This document shows, piece after piece, positions 1 to 12,959 of a DNA stretch of 64,000 nucleotides. The position numbers and the translations under genes were made by a program. How positions within the stretch are numbered: position 1 is the stretch's first letter; every line of letters begins with the position of its first letter. The notes beneath the pieces were generated by a model. That model searched no databases, had not been told where the DNA came from, and was given only the letters and a program-made list of their open reading frames with translations. This stretch comes from Hydrolagus colliei (Eukaryota), in NCBI GenBank assembly GCA_035084275.1, contig CM068751.1, positions 5,084,001 through 5,148,000 on the forward strand, written 5' to 3'.

Positions 1-3000
1 ACTGTATCATAGATCTGCCGCAGGCTAACATGTGACCCAGCTACAGCTGCTTTAATAGTCTCTGGAGGCCTGAGGAGTTCATAACAGTTCTGGTGTTTTT
101 TTCGATTTTGAAAGAACACAGTTTGAATGGCAAAAATTGTTCTAATTATTTTATGCTTACGCCACGCGCTTGTAAAGCTCACAGCATGTTTCCGTGCTCG
201 TTCGTACCGTACAGATCTCAAGCAGGGTCACAAAAGCCATCAAAACATGATGGAAATGAGAGCTGAACCGAAGCGATTCAAATGAGGCCATTGTACGCCT
301 ACTCTCGAAGACCATAATTTGGCTCGTTTTGAGCACGGTTCTTTCCAAGAAAAACAAATGCTGTTCTTTTGCAAACATGAATAGCACCGTTTTCCACAGT
401 CATCAAGTGAGCTGGCAGGAAGGAAGATGCACACAGCTCTAACATTTCATGGGGGAATGAAGCCCTGCAATCCTACGGTTTGCTTACTAACATGAACACA
501 ATGAGCTAATTGTGTTAGAGCCCTTCACTGCATCCCTTGTGCAAAACAGTATTTGAACACAAATGATGTATGCTTTTACTCTCTTTCCCCAAAGCAACAA
601 GCAGAAACGTCTCTCACTTTTCATGAAAGTCATGCAGCTTTAATTACTGGTGATGTTTTGTTTAGCAAGTATTTGACCTTGATGATTGGGGATGGGGAGA
701 AATGTATTGTCTGTTACGTGAAAGGGCCCGTGGAATAGATCTTATCCAATGCTTTTGTTGGAGAATGAACGACAAACACGATCTTCATTGAAACAAAAAG
801 TCTGAAATTAATGTTGTTTGACCAGCAGAACACGTGTTTGTTGTTAGGGACTTGAGATTAATATCTCTATCCTCGCCTGCAGCCATTTTGCATGTGCACA
901 ATCCTACTCCGTCAAACAAGGCTCTTGCCTGTTGGGTGACCTATCATTCTTATGCTTATCTCCACAAAGCAATTACCACACACTGATTTATTTATTCGAC
1001 ATTTATGATGCATTCTTTTCATTTTGCAATCGGGCTGCTTCATATTATTGTAATGTTGTGGGTTCTGTCTTTTGTTTAAAAACAAAGGCACAAGGCAGAT
1101 CCACGCAACTGGGTAAATCTGGAGTGAAGTTATTGAATAGCTGCCAGTTCCAATTTGCGGTGACTTCATTCTCGATACATCTCCCAACTCTCGTGGGAAC
1201 TCGCTGGTGCTGCCATGCACATGGCCTGCGCTTGCACCACAAAAACTTTATACACCATGGAGTTGGATTTGCAATGTGTGTACATATGTGGGTATCATGT
1301 AGCAATTCCATTTAAGAAATCTTTGTCTCAAATAGCTACACTGTCTCCCAAAATGTCTATTGCCACTGGGGTAAAGGCATTAATTGTGCTGTTAGTTGAA
1401 TCAGTTTAGAGATTAGTTTGAGAACCCTATTTGACCCCAATGCTCTTGCGGTATGAAGGGGAAAATCAGCCAGGGTTGCTACTCTTGATTTCTATCTATT
1501 GATGCCCGTGCATGGAAAATGCAAATGTGTGGAAATCTGACCAGGATAGGGCTGAGTTCAACTAAGCACCTTTTGGGACAGATCGTCATCTTCTATCCAC
1601 TGGTAGTATTCAATATTTCAAACTTAAAAATGGTACAAGTTTGCCAAGAAATATAGGCATTAAAAGTGTAGGCAACACTAGGATTGGAAAAATGGTGATT
1701 GTGGAGACCATGGGTACTATTAGCAGCACCACACTCTTTCACTCTCTAATGCTGCACATAATGTATTTCAAAGTGAATCACTTGCCACAAGCAAGTTGTG
1801 GAATAGACAGACTGCATTTCATTAGGCAAAATGCCACAAGCTTTGTGGCCTGTCTGCCAGTCGATGTAGTCAAATATAACAAAAACACACATCATTTAAC
1901 ATTTTGTTCTTAGTGACTGTATAATTAAAGCTTCTCTATTGTTTTCCATATATAATTGTGCTTCTTATAATGAATATTTTCAGTGCTCTAAAGGATGTGG
2001 GAAGAACATAACAGTATTTTAGAACAATAGCTCATTGCTTTAGGGACTTGGCTATGTTCCAGCCAAGTTGAGATAGAGGTTCGTGTGATCGTGGATGTCT
2101 GGGGTTTGTAAATGAAACGGGTTTGTCCAGTCTCAGTTCCGTTGCCTGTAAGATAAATGATGGACATGCCATTAACCTACCCTATGATTTGATTCTGAGA
2201 GGCTGTAAAGATCGGGAGTGAAGCAAATGGAAAATGCTCCATGGTGTAGTAATGCAGTGCTGGTCCATTGTGCCAGGCTGAGTGACTCCTGTAGTTAGGC
2301 TGATTGGGTCACTCCCAGTGTGAGGAGATGCTAGCCAAATGCTTGAAGCCTCCCCCATAACAGCACCGCTAAACACAGATGTTCTGTGAAGAGGAAGGGA
2401 TTTAACCTGTACGAGCATCTCACTGACTCGGATTGAAAGCATCGCTTTTAAAAGCACCTTTACAGACACGGTGAGACGAATGACCTTCCGTTCTTTAAAT
2501 TTCTATGGTTCTGTCTCAGAAGTGACGATGGCCAGCTTTAGCACAGCTATCTCATAGGACCTATGAGATACCTAAGGTATGCACATAATGGTGTTCCTGA
2601 TCCGGGCAAGACAGTTTGTCACCTTTACGATGCAGCCAGAAATTGTGTGGACAAAGCCCAGAGACATAAGACAACATGGCGACTGTAGCACCTTCCTCAA
2701 CGTGTTTCTAAAACACTGCTCTGTCTTTACACTGCTCTTCTCGGTGAAGCGCCAACTGTCTCGAAAGGAGAGGAAGTGGCAGCGGAAATTTGTGCTGCAC
2801 ATTGGCATCTCCTGTGAAGGGTGGTGACAAAGCAAAAGGTTAAATATAACACATGTACAGACAGCGCTTGCCAACCTCTGGCTGGTGTGGTGAGACTTCT
2901 TTTTAAATTGATGAAAAGAACTGATTTGACGCATCAGTGCTTTTCATCTATAGAAATGGAATCCTAGTGCAGCAGGCTGTCTCAATGTACGACTTTGCAT

Positions 3001-4050
3001 CAGCAGCACTTGCCCTGCCATTGAAGCAAAGCAAAGAATAATGTGAGATAACCTCTTTATGCACACCGCAGCTTTACTTCAATCCATCCCCAACAAAGCG
3101 CCAAGTCTAAATCTGATATTAGAGGAGTTTGGGTCAAGTCGCAAAGGTTAGGGGGATGAAGCTTTTCCAGTGATCGGGCAGACTGGCTGCCTCCCATAAT
3201 TCCCGAATTAGTAGGTAAATGTATATTTACATTGGGGACAAGTCATAAAAGAGAATTTATTAGTGAATGTATGCTCATTCATATTAAGATGAGGCAAAGA
3301 TCCAGGAGATTTATTAACAGAGATTCCCATCTGAACTATTAATCAGAAACTCTGTGAATTATGGAAAATAACCGACTCCGTCTGGAAATCTGATATCCTA
3401 GATGCCCATATTCCTGTTTCCAGCCTCTTTCAGTAACTTGCACTTAGCTCCACGAGAGGAACCTTGGAGATTGTGGTCGCTTTCCCCGTTTTCTCTACTC
3501 CCCTCCCAGCCATTCACAGGGGAAAAATACAATCAGAAAAATGTTCAAGATGCCGTTTCAGGATATTTTAACGTTTTCTTTTCCCCCACACTAGCCACGG
3601 GCTGCCTGAGTTTGAATTAGCACAGTGCGACACGGGAGACTCGTTTCCATTTTTTCAGATTTTAAATTAGAAATGAGTTTTTTTTGGAGGACGGGAAAGT
3701 AGGGGAAGAGATGATAAAAAGCACCCTAGGGGGCTAGACTTTCATGAAAATCTAAGACTGAATAACTGGCCAGGTAGACGAGAACAGGCAGGGGACTGCA
3801 GCAGCTGCGGAGTTTTCAATGAACCCCTGCTTGCAGTAATAAAATGGTAGTATTAAGAATTATAACTAAATAATAAACCTACACACACAACATGAGAATC
3901 AACACCTTGTGCTACCGTTTTCTGAAGGGAAAGAGATAGATCACACTTGGAAAGATTTATTCAACTCTATTTGTGCTAAATTGTTTCCTGATTGTTTTTG
4001 ATGGTATTATCACCACAAATTGTTGTGCTTCGCTGAACTGCGGTAATCAA

Positions 4051-4131
4051 AATAATAATAATCCTTGCATTTGATATAGCGCTTTTCGCGTTTTCTAGAC
4101 GTCTCAAAGCACTTCATAGAATACACTGTAA
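4051..4131 (-). mobile_element. SINE/L2 3' tail fragment
   Basis: (AAT)nCCTTGCATTTGATATAGCGCTTTTC...GTCTCAAAGC, shared with the full SINE copies. Confidence 0.8.
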
Positions 4132-5651
4132 TAATGGGCTGAGGGAAGAGGTAAATAATGTGTTACATTTGGACATGCCAATTGCAAACAGCATGTTCTC
4201 TTCTACGTATAACTCTAACTATAGGTCTGCTGAGCTCATGAACTCCAGAAATTACATGGTTGTTTGTATGGATAGACATTAGAAGATGAGGGATAGAAAT
4301 TACGTGCCCCTCAGTTGAGATTTCACTACAATTTTGATCGGTGTAAATTAAACTTACTATTCCTCATCCTCATGTAGATCATGTTGCCGTTTCCTGTTCT
4401 CGGTTAAGCGAGCAGTGCTGAAATGTGTGTGTGTGTTTATGCCTGTTGGGTATTGATATGATGTGATCTTCCTGTAATGTCTTCTTTTTCCCATCTGAAG
4501 CGGTGTTTAATATTATTCCAAGAACTTCATTCTAATTGTGCCTCCTGCTGAATTTCTGGGTCTTGTTACTACAAAGCTGCTCATATTATCTATCGACAAT
4601 GACATTGACCTGGGCACCTTCAGGGAAACCATTAACACTGCCTCCACAATGCTTACCAGGAAGCGATATTGCATATCAGTTCAACCCTTCTACAGTGTTG
4701 TGCATCCCTTAAAGAGTTTCAATGAGATATTGCTACAAATGATGATTTCAATTCAGTGCAGGCCTGTATCATTTTAAAAACAATCAAAGTGTTTAATAAT
4801 GAGTAGCAATCAATTGAGTTATTTTTATCAGTGTATTCAGTTTATTCTATTGATTGGGTTGGAGGTGGATGTGCCTCTCATACTGTTTTGTCAGCACAAG
4901 TGTCTGTTTCCCAGCTAGTGGCAATGTTATGTCTTTTTAAAACAATGGAGAGTACAATTTGATCCAGCTCGAAAAGTTCCAAAAATTGTTTTACTTCAAA
5001 AGGGGACTGGTTTCCGTCTGATTTTGATAAAAATGGTATGAGGGTTCACTCAAAGCTAAGTACATGATGCATTTGTTCAGCAAATAAAAACAGCTTGAAG
5101 AAACTGTGAGAACCTATTCTGCAGACACAAAACCTGGAAGGTTATTTATTCCTCCAATATTAAAAGGCAAGAGCTTTTTTAAATTCCATTTTAGGCGTCT
5201 CTCTCTTGTCAGTCAATTTCTCTCTATGAAGCTTAACCACTTGCTAGCAGAAATTATTAGCCAAAGATGTGGCTTTTTAAAAAAATAGTTGCTAAAACCA
5301 CTCCTTCAGAAACGAACAAAGAAAATGTTTGTCTGAGGAATCGTGAGGAAATTATGCTGGTGAACTTTATGGCAGTGAATAGCTCTTTTAGCATTTGCTA
5401 ACCATAGAAGCACTGCCACAGAATGCAAGCCACAGAAACAGAATCCAAGCCAAAGAAAAACACAGCAAAGGGCGAGGTTCTGAGAAATTGCTCCAATTAT
5501 TTTCTCTTTTCGTGAATTAATTTTTTCCTTGTGCTTTTCATAAACCCCTCCATTGTAATGGTTACAGCATGCATATTCCTTCTGGTGTTCATTAACAATC
5601 TTTCCAAAGCCTCAACGTGTTTTAGAAGATCAGATTAAAAATGGAACAAAA

Positions 5652-5782
5652 ACAAAAGTTGCCGGGGAAACTCAGCAGGTCGAGCAGCATCCATGGAGAA
5701 AGGAAAAAGAGTCAACGTTTTGGGTCTACAACCCTTCGTCAGAACTGGGGCTTGTTTTGACGAATGGTTGTAGACGCAAAAC
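5652..5782. mobile_element. Penelope-like element remnant with an inverted terminal segment
   Basis: GGAAACTCAGCAGGTCGAGCAGCATCCATGGAG...AACGTTTTGGGTCTACAACCCTTCGTCAGAAC followed by its inverted copy (29-bp arms, 3 mismatches). Resembles the common shark Penelope-derived hairpin repeat. Confidence 0.65.
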
Positions 5783-8700
5783 AAAATACAACATCTGTAG
5801 TTTTTTTTTGTTTCAGATTAAAAATGGACTGGACCATCAAAATAGAAATGGAAAAGTGTCTTTGAAGTGGTGTTATCATAAACTTAAATAAGGATGAAAA
5901 CAACGATGTTTCCCAATGTAACTCCGATTCATTTGTAAATTGTCCTTTTTCCAATGGTCTTGAAGGTGGCAGAACCTCAATAAAGTACAGCAAAACACAA
6001 TGGGATGATCCCCTTTGTTATTTTTTAAGCGTTCCCACACACTGTAATGCCAATAGCCACCTGACTGGAATTTTCTCTCAACCACCACCTTGTCAATCAT
6101 TGTGAAACGTCTGTACTGCTGTAGACCCAAATAAATTTTGTAGCATATGTAACCGATGATGTACTCTGAGCCATTGTTTGAGCTCCTGCATGTTCTATTA
6201 TTGCCAAGAAGAATAAACCTGCACAAAACTCTGTGCTGCCGGGACCCTTTTTTGTGTGGGGGTGGGTTAGGTGGGGGGGTGTGGGGGCTGTAATTGCACA
6301 AAGTTATCAGATGACCCAAGCATAAAATGTACTAGATATTTGGGTTATTACATATTGAAGAGACTTATGACGTATTAAATCTGATCATTTAGATTTATAT
6401 ACTGTTGTTTTACCGTATCTAATGATTTTGGTTTTTTTCCAATGTTTTGACTTTAAAATGTCACTAAATACTTCTATTTAGCTGACCTAGAAAGGGAGAC
6501 ACAGTAAGACACATTTTACACATTGGCTTCTAATTTTGAAAACTTTTGAATGTTACAACCAAGGAACGACAAAGTTACATTTATAGAGCGTCTTTCACGT
6601 TGGGAGGGTGTCTCAAGGCGCTACAAAGCAAGCTAGCAAAGTGTTGGGTTTGACGAGATATTTATTTATTTACAATCTGCGGTCGGCTGCTGGGGGAAAA
6701 AAAAACGAGCATCTTTCATTTGAAGTAATGATTCTGAGAACATGGTTGTAATTTTAATTTCAAGTTGCTACTGCTACTGCTCACTTACTACTGATAATCA
6801 ATTTGCAGGATCCTGCCATTATGGCTAGCAAGCTAGCAAGAAACAAAAATTGAAAGAAAAGTGAGATGGCATATTCATGATCAATATGGCTTTTTCAACA
6901 TGAAGTACAGCTAGCATGCTTGGTGTGTAGCCTGTTAGCTCATTCCTGTCCATAGTCTTTTTGTCAGGATTGTTTTGGGCTAAATCATAAATCATCAAAT
7001 GCTTGCTTGAATTTCCCATGTTACTGAAGCGTATTTACAGTACTGCTCTAAATATCTAACACTATTCTGGCGAACCTCAACATTCTATGGTGACCAACAC
7101 AGATCAAAATATATTGAATAAAGATTTACCAGTAACAAGGAAAATATTGTACTTCCTCTATCTACAGTCGTGGCTAGGAATGTGTGTGAATAGCTGTAGT
7201 CAATCTATATTACAGATCATGTAAAATTGAGGGAAACAATCAAAACCTTACTCCTGCATCTGGTTTGATCACTTGCTAAAAAATTACATTTTTGTAGAGT
7301 GCTTTTCATGTTGGGAGGACATCCCCAAGGCACTGAAATTACTTTCAATACACACAAATACAAGGTACTGTGTATTGGAACTTTCAGATACACAGCTGGA
7401 TCAACAAAGAGGTCTGCCTTTAGGGTGTTCTGAAGAGCACGTTTAATGGGACATATTCCTTTAGTCTTTGTGTTACCAGGAAGCAGCGGTGAGACCAAGG
7501 CACAGAACATGTTTATGAAATGCCTTGTTCTTGTCATGACAAGATGGCAGGACTGGTATTGTGGAAGCAGGAGATCAAATGGGCCCAAGGGCCTTTTTCA
7601 TCTGGACCTCTCTTGTGACTCCTTTTGGAAAGTACACGTGTGGTGAATGATAACAGCATTGCAATTGGCTGTGTTTTTCTACAGTCGCAGCCTCCACCCT
7701 CCACCCACCCCTGGTAAAATGTTGTCCTAAAACTGTCGAGGTTTACACATGCAGAATAATAAGCGTCAGGTATACTGGACATGTTGCTGCTTATGGAATC
7801 TAACATAAATCAGTGCCCTTCGGAGAGTGGGGAGAAAACTGGGAAAGAAACAAAATCCTTCTGAGAAGACATTTTGCTACAAATTCCTAGAAAGGAAACC
7901 GACCAGTATAATATCTTCTGTTCAGTACCTAGAACTGCGTTGTAGGCTGTATTACATAACAAAACTGCATTTTAATTGTTGACATTAATTCACAGCAGGT
8001 TTCCAAATTTCTCTCTCTCTCTCAAACTGAAGTATCCAAAGGGACTCAGTAAAACGTCAGTAATATTTCTATTTGGGTGCAGGCCACTGGTATTGGTTGG
8101 TTTATCACCACATTGAGGTAGTTTGAGATGTGGCGAGCGGTTGTCTCTGATTGAATAATTTCTCCCCAGATGCCAGTGCGCTAATTGCTCTTTTTATTCA
8201 CTTCACCAGCCACCAAAGGGAGTTTCGGGTGTCGATTAATGAGGGTGCACTAGCCATTAGTGAGCAAACCGAGCACATCAGATGAGAATCAACCATGACC
8301 TTTGCATCTGCACAGCAAAGGATTGACTGTCATTTGATGCCTATAGCTGACATTTCTGAGATCGAGAGGTGTCTTTGTTTGATAGGCTGCTCTATAGAGA
8401 TACTGACCTTTAGAGTGATTCCTCTAATCTCTGTGAATATGCATGGCGCACATATCCATAACCTTATCTAATTGTTCATTACCATACTCTAAAGAGCACG
8501 ATTGGCCCATCATTTACACGAAGCAAAGGTGAACAAGTTATGAATATATATGTTCATGAACTAATTCACGTCTCGCAGTGCAATATTCCAGCAAGGTGTT
8601 TCCTACCACATTTTAAACATGTTTGTGTCTTGCACTAGGTGCAGGACTAATATTGTGGAGTTAATTCATTTTCACTTCACTGAAGTCAATTATCTCATGT

Positions 8701-11700
8701 CATTGAAATGAACAGCCCTGCCCATAAATTAAAATAGAAGAATAATGGAACGAAATAGTTCATACAAGAATACACAAGGGGAATTAGCAGATTATGAAAA
8801 AGCCTCTTAAGTGATTTTGTAATACATAATGAATTGTTAGGTTTTGGGGGATGGATGGGAGAGGCAAGGACTTTAAATTTGCAAAGTATGTCTTCAGTAA
8901 TGTTTTGGGTTGAAGCATAAATTTTCAATGAAGTAAATCTTACACAATTTAAGAGATTCAACACGATATCTTTCTCATTTTGAATGCACTTATTAGGTAG
9001 AAGAAGCGGTTCAGGCTATGGAACATTAACATACCTGGTAGCCCTCAGTTATACAGTTGGTCTTCAATCTCAATCTAGATAACGGTAGATGTAGCACAAG
9101 TGTCTATATGGTAGAACAAATCAGATAGAATTCCCACCTCTGATTTCTATTCAGTGCCTCCTGCTGAAAAGTATGTGTGTGGGAGAGAAAAAAAATTGTG
9201 GGTCACTGCTGTAAACAAGCCATTGGCAAACGTGAGTTGGGAGAGAGAGAATTGGAAATTTGGAAAAATTTAACAGCTTTGCAATGTTTGATTCAATCAC
9301 CTAAAGCACAGTGTCATTGTTCATTCCTCTTGAAATTAAACTCTTAGGTGTACAAGTTATGGCAGTCCCACACACAGAGGGAAGACGTTTCATAAGAACC
9401 ATCCTTCCCGTATCTTATGTCTAAATAAATGTTTGCATTCCGGTATAAGAACAACCAGCGATATATGCTGTGATATTTGTCTGAATGTTCAATCTTTATT
9501 TTAATGATTCCGTGGTTTGATTTATGGGTAGCTTTAAGCAAGCAAATTAATTTCCATCATCCTAAACATTGTAAACAGTGTAAAGGTTTTGAGCTAAATC
9601 ACTAACATAGATCATGGCATTATTCTATAAAACAGACAATGGCTAACATTGTTGTTCAATATACATGTAGTTAGCATTGATATTCTATTTTTAATTATTT
9701 AATGCATGGTTTATTCACTTAAAACTGATCTGTTAGACTGAGGGAATAGAGATATGATCATCACCCCCAACCCTCCCTTGCACCCCCTTTCCAACAAAAG
9801 AAAGTTTAAATTTAAGGCCAGCTTAACTGGATAAAGATGATTTGTATAACAAATTATTGATTGTATCATTGATACGATCTCAATTGTTTTATTTTAGAGT
9901 TGGTTGCAGTCTTTCTTTCAAGCCATGGCAATTGGAATCAGAAGTGTGATATTCAGGGAGAATGCTGAAACCTGCTGTGCCTCTTGTGTGGTCAGTTGCT
10001 GAAGATTGATGCACAGGCTGAGACAGAGAACGGTTGCAGACCTACATAGGTGAAGCAAAGGAAAGCCAGGCATGAAACTGGCTTAAGAGAGGAACGAAAT
10101 ATCTGGACAGGAAAAGTTGGAGGTAGGTCTCAAAAAGCAACAAAATATCCAGTCATTTGTGTTAAATTGACCCAGAGAAGTGAAAGCATTTTACACAGCA
10201 GACAACTGGTCTGAAAGATCTAGAAAGGACTGGAGGAAAATGCATACGAAACACTCCATGCTAAGTCAAGAAGAGTTTACAGAAGCAGAAAGTCAAGCTG
10301 GTGGTGAGTGGAAAGAGAGGTGCATGAACACTTTGATTGTATTAAGAGATCGATGCGAATGAAGCAAATTTACCACCTTGCTGGCTTCTCTGTTCAGGGT
10401 CTTTCTGTGAAATATTGTTTATTTTTAACTGACTTCTCACAAGAAGGTTGAGAGGTCCATGTAGGCCTATGAAGGCTTTGTCTCTCAAATTGGCTTTGTG
10501 CAAATATAATATACACCAAGTGCAGTACATAGATTTTCTCGCATTATAAAATAAAGCCGTTTCCATCTTCTTCAGAGGTTTGTGAATGGGTTTTATCTCT
10601 GTTAAATGTGACTCTGAAGTAATCTGTGAGCCTGCCATTGCTGAGAAGTGGACATGCGGGAGTATGTCTCAAAGGTTCATATGGAATAAGCTTTGTCTAT
10701 AATAGCTTATCTGTGATCATTTCATGGTGTACACTGTAATCAGCAATTAGAAAACAAAACAAAATGTGAACCAGCAAATGATTATCATGTAAACGGTCTC
10801 TTTTATCACGTTCATCTTCAGTTTTACCTTTTGATATTGAGGGGGGAAAAATCCTTTCATTCAAATCAAGGGAGTGCAGGTGGTTTTAGGTTTGTTGGAC
10901 AATTTTTTTTATCCTTCTAAATGACTTTAATGTAAAGTGAGTGATTAAAACAGCAGATGGCAAGACTAAAGTACTAATTCAAAAGTGCTCCAAACCCCTC
11001 TCCCAGCAGATTGTGTTTAGACTACAGCTCTTAACTCTGGCAGAGGTGAGATTTGCTTTTCCCTGGTACCAGACTGAATTCTCTAAACTCATTTTGGCAA
11101 TATTTAAATCAAATTGGATTTGTTCACAGATGTATGGTGCCTGTTACTGCTCAAACCTGACTCCAAATTCTCATTTTTCAATCAACATTGTTTAGAGATC
11201 TTTGCAGTGGTCTATACAATATTATGTTACATATTGTACTTGTAGGAAATTCATTTGTAAATTCAGGAGGGATAAATTCTATCAATATCAGTTTCTTCCT
11301 CCCTCACCCACCCCCGCAAACACTTTATTCATGAGCCTTTTAAAGTTATGTTTAACATGGTTGGTGCAGTGTTTGCAAGCTTGTAGGACACTTTCTTTGT
11401 CACAGATATCTTGCAGGATATGTTCATAATCTCATTGTACCTCATAATCGCATTGTATTACTGCTACCAGTGATGCCACATACGAAGGTTCTCCCATAGC
11501 AAGAACTTTTTGCCACTTAATCTGAGGCAGAGTCAGGATTGCCTCACCTTCTCTCACCGACTCACAGCTAGTAATTCAGAAACTTAATTTGCCGAGAACG
11601 GATCACTTACACACACACTCTCTCTCTCTCTCTGATAGGAAATTGGGCAATTATATTAATATTTTAGGTGTTGCAGAATAAAGTAATTAAAAGAGATTGT

Positions 11701-11783
11701 GTATAATAGAAGGGAAACCAAGAGGGAAAGGTACAATATAACTGCTCTTGAGTATTTCAATGCTGTAAATTTGTGCCAATTAT

Positions 11784-11851
11784 AAATAATAATGCTTGCA
11801 TTTGATTTTTAAAAAATATATTGACTTATCACAACTGTGGGACGTCTCAAA
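11784..11851 (-). mobile_element. Degenerate SINE/L2 3' tail fragment
   Basis: AATAATAATGCTTGCATTTGAT...GGGACGTCTCAAAG. Confidence 0.6.
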
Positions 11852-12959
11852 GATTCTAATAAGACTCAAATTGTGAGTTTAATTTCTGCAGGACTCCTGT
11901 TTTCATATGACTTCAATCCTTCCATCTTATAAATTTCAAATGCCTTTGCAATCGAATTATATTAACAATAAAAATCCCTTCTTGCTGCAGATTTATAATT
12001 TTGCTTGTCTGATTGCATAAGTGTATAACCTGGGTCTTTGCTCTGTTTGGGTGTTCTGTAAAACATTTTTTTTATTACCCAAGGCTCTGTAAACTTTGGG
12101 TCAAAGATGCATATCACAGCCATGTTGATTGCCAAATTAGTTTAGCTTTTAGAAGCTCTGTGATCTGATACTGTGATACTGTTATTTGCAGCTGGCGGTT
12201 AGTTTATATTCTGGAAGAATGAAGAAGATGTCACATTGGGTCATGGTTGTCTCATGCATTTTTGAAACTGAATTAAAATAAAATCAGCATTCACATTCCT
12301 CCCAAAAGTACAGTGTAAATCGCAATTACGAACTTGGAACCAATGGAATTATCAAGCGTGCAACTCAATCTGGTGATGTGCATCTTCCTGAAAGTCACCA
12401 GCATTTGAAAAGGCTACCAAGCTTTATAACACACTCGATGCAGGGATGTGGGGACCAGGGAATGGTAGGGTTTATGTTCTGGAAGGATAAGATTGGATGA
12501 GCCAAAGGGCCATCTTCACCCAAACCGGTCTTGCGATTTCAAGCAAGGTCAGGTCATCAATTCCTCCAGTCGTGTGGACGGTTTGGAACAGTGAGTTGTG
12601 TCGGCCGGAGTTTGCTAAAATGTTCTATATAAAGTTTTCTGTATTTATTATCCTTTACTTACATATCTTGAAGCCTTGTTTGCTTTTGAGCCCTTGCATC
12701 CCTATAGCGTCCTTCACGGAATGCTTAGAGATGAACGTGCTATGAACGGAGCCAAACTGACTCATATGTATGAAATGATTGGCTGCTGAACAATGAACCA
12801 CACTGCCATGGCTCTTTAAGTCATGAATTACAAAAAACCTGAAATGCAATTGTTGCCAATATGGCCTCCAAAATCCAGTTAGCATTAGACACTGTGGACA
12901 CTCAGACACCAGAGTAAGCAAACAGAGAAGTGGGGGCAGAGTCTCATCGGTGGAAAAAA

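Noticed and set aside
157-11429. Numerous short ORFs in the downstream region as a second gene
   Set aside because: No recognisable domains or consistent exon chain; lengths are as expected by chance. A small unrecognised exon cannot be excluded.
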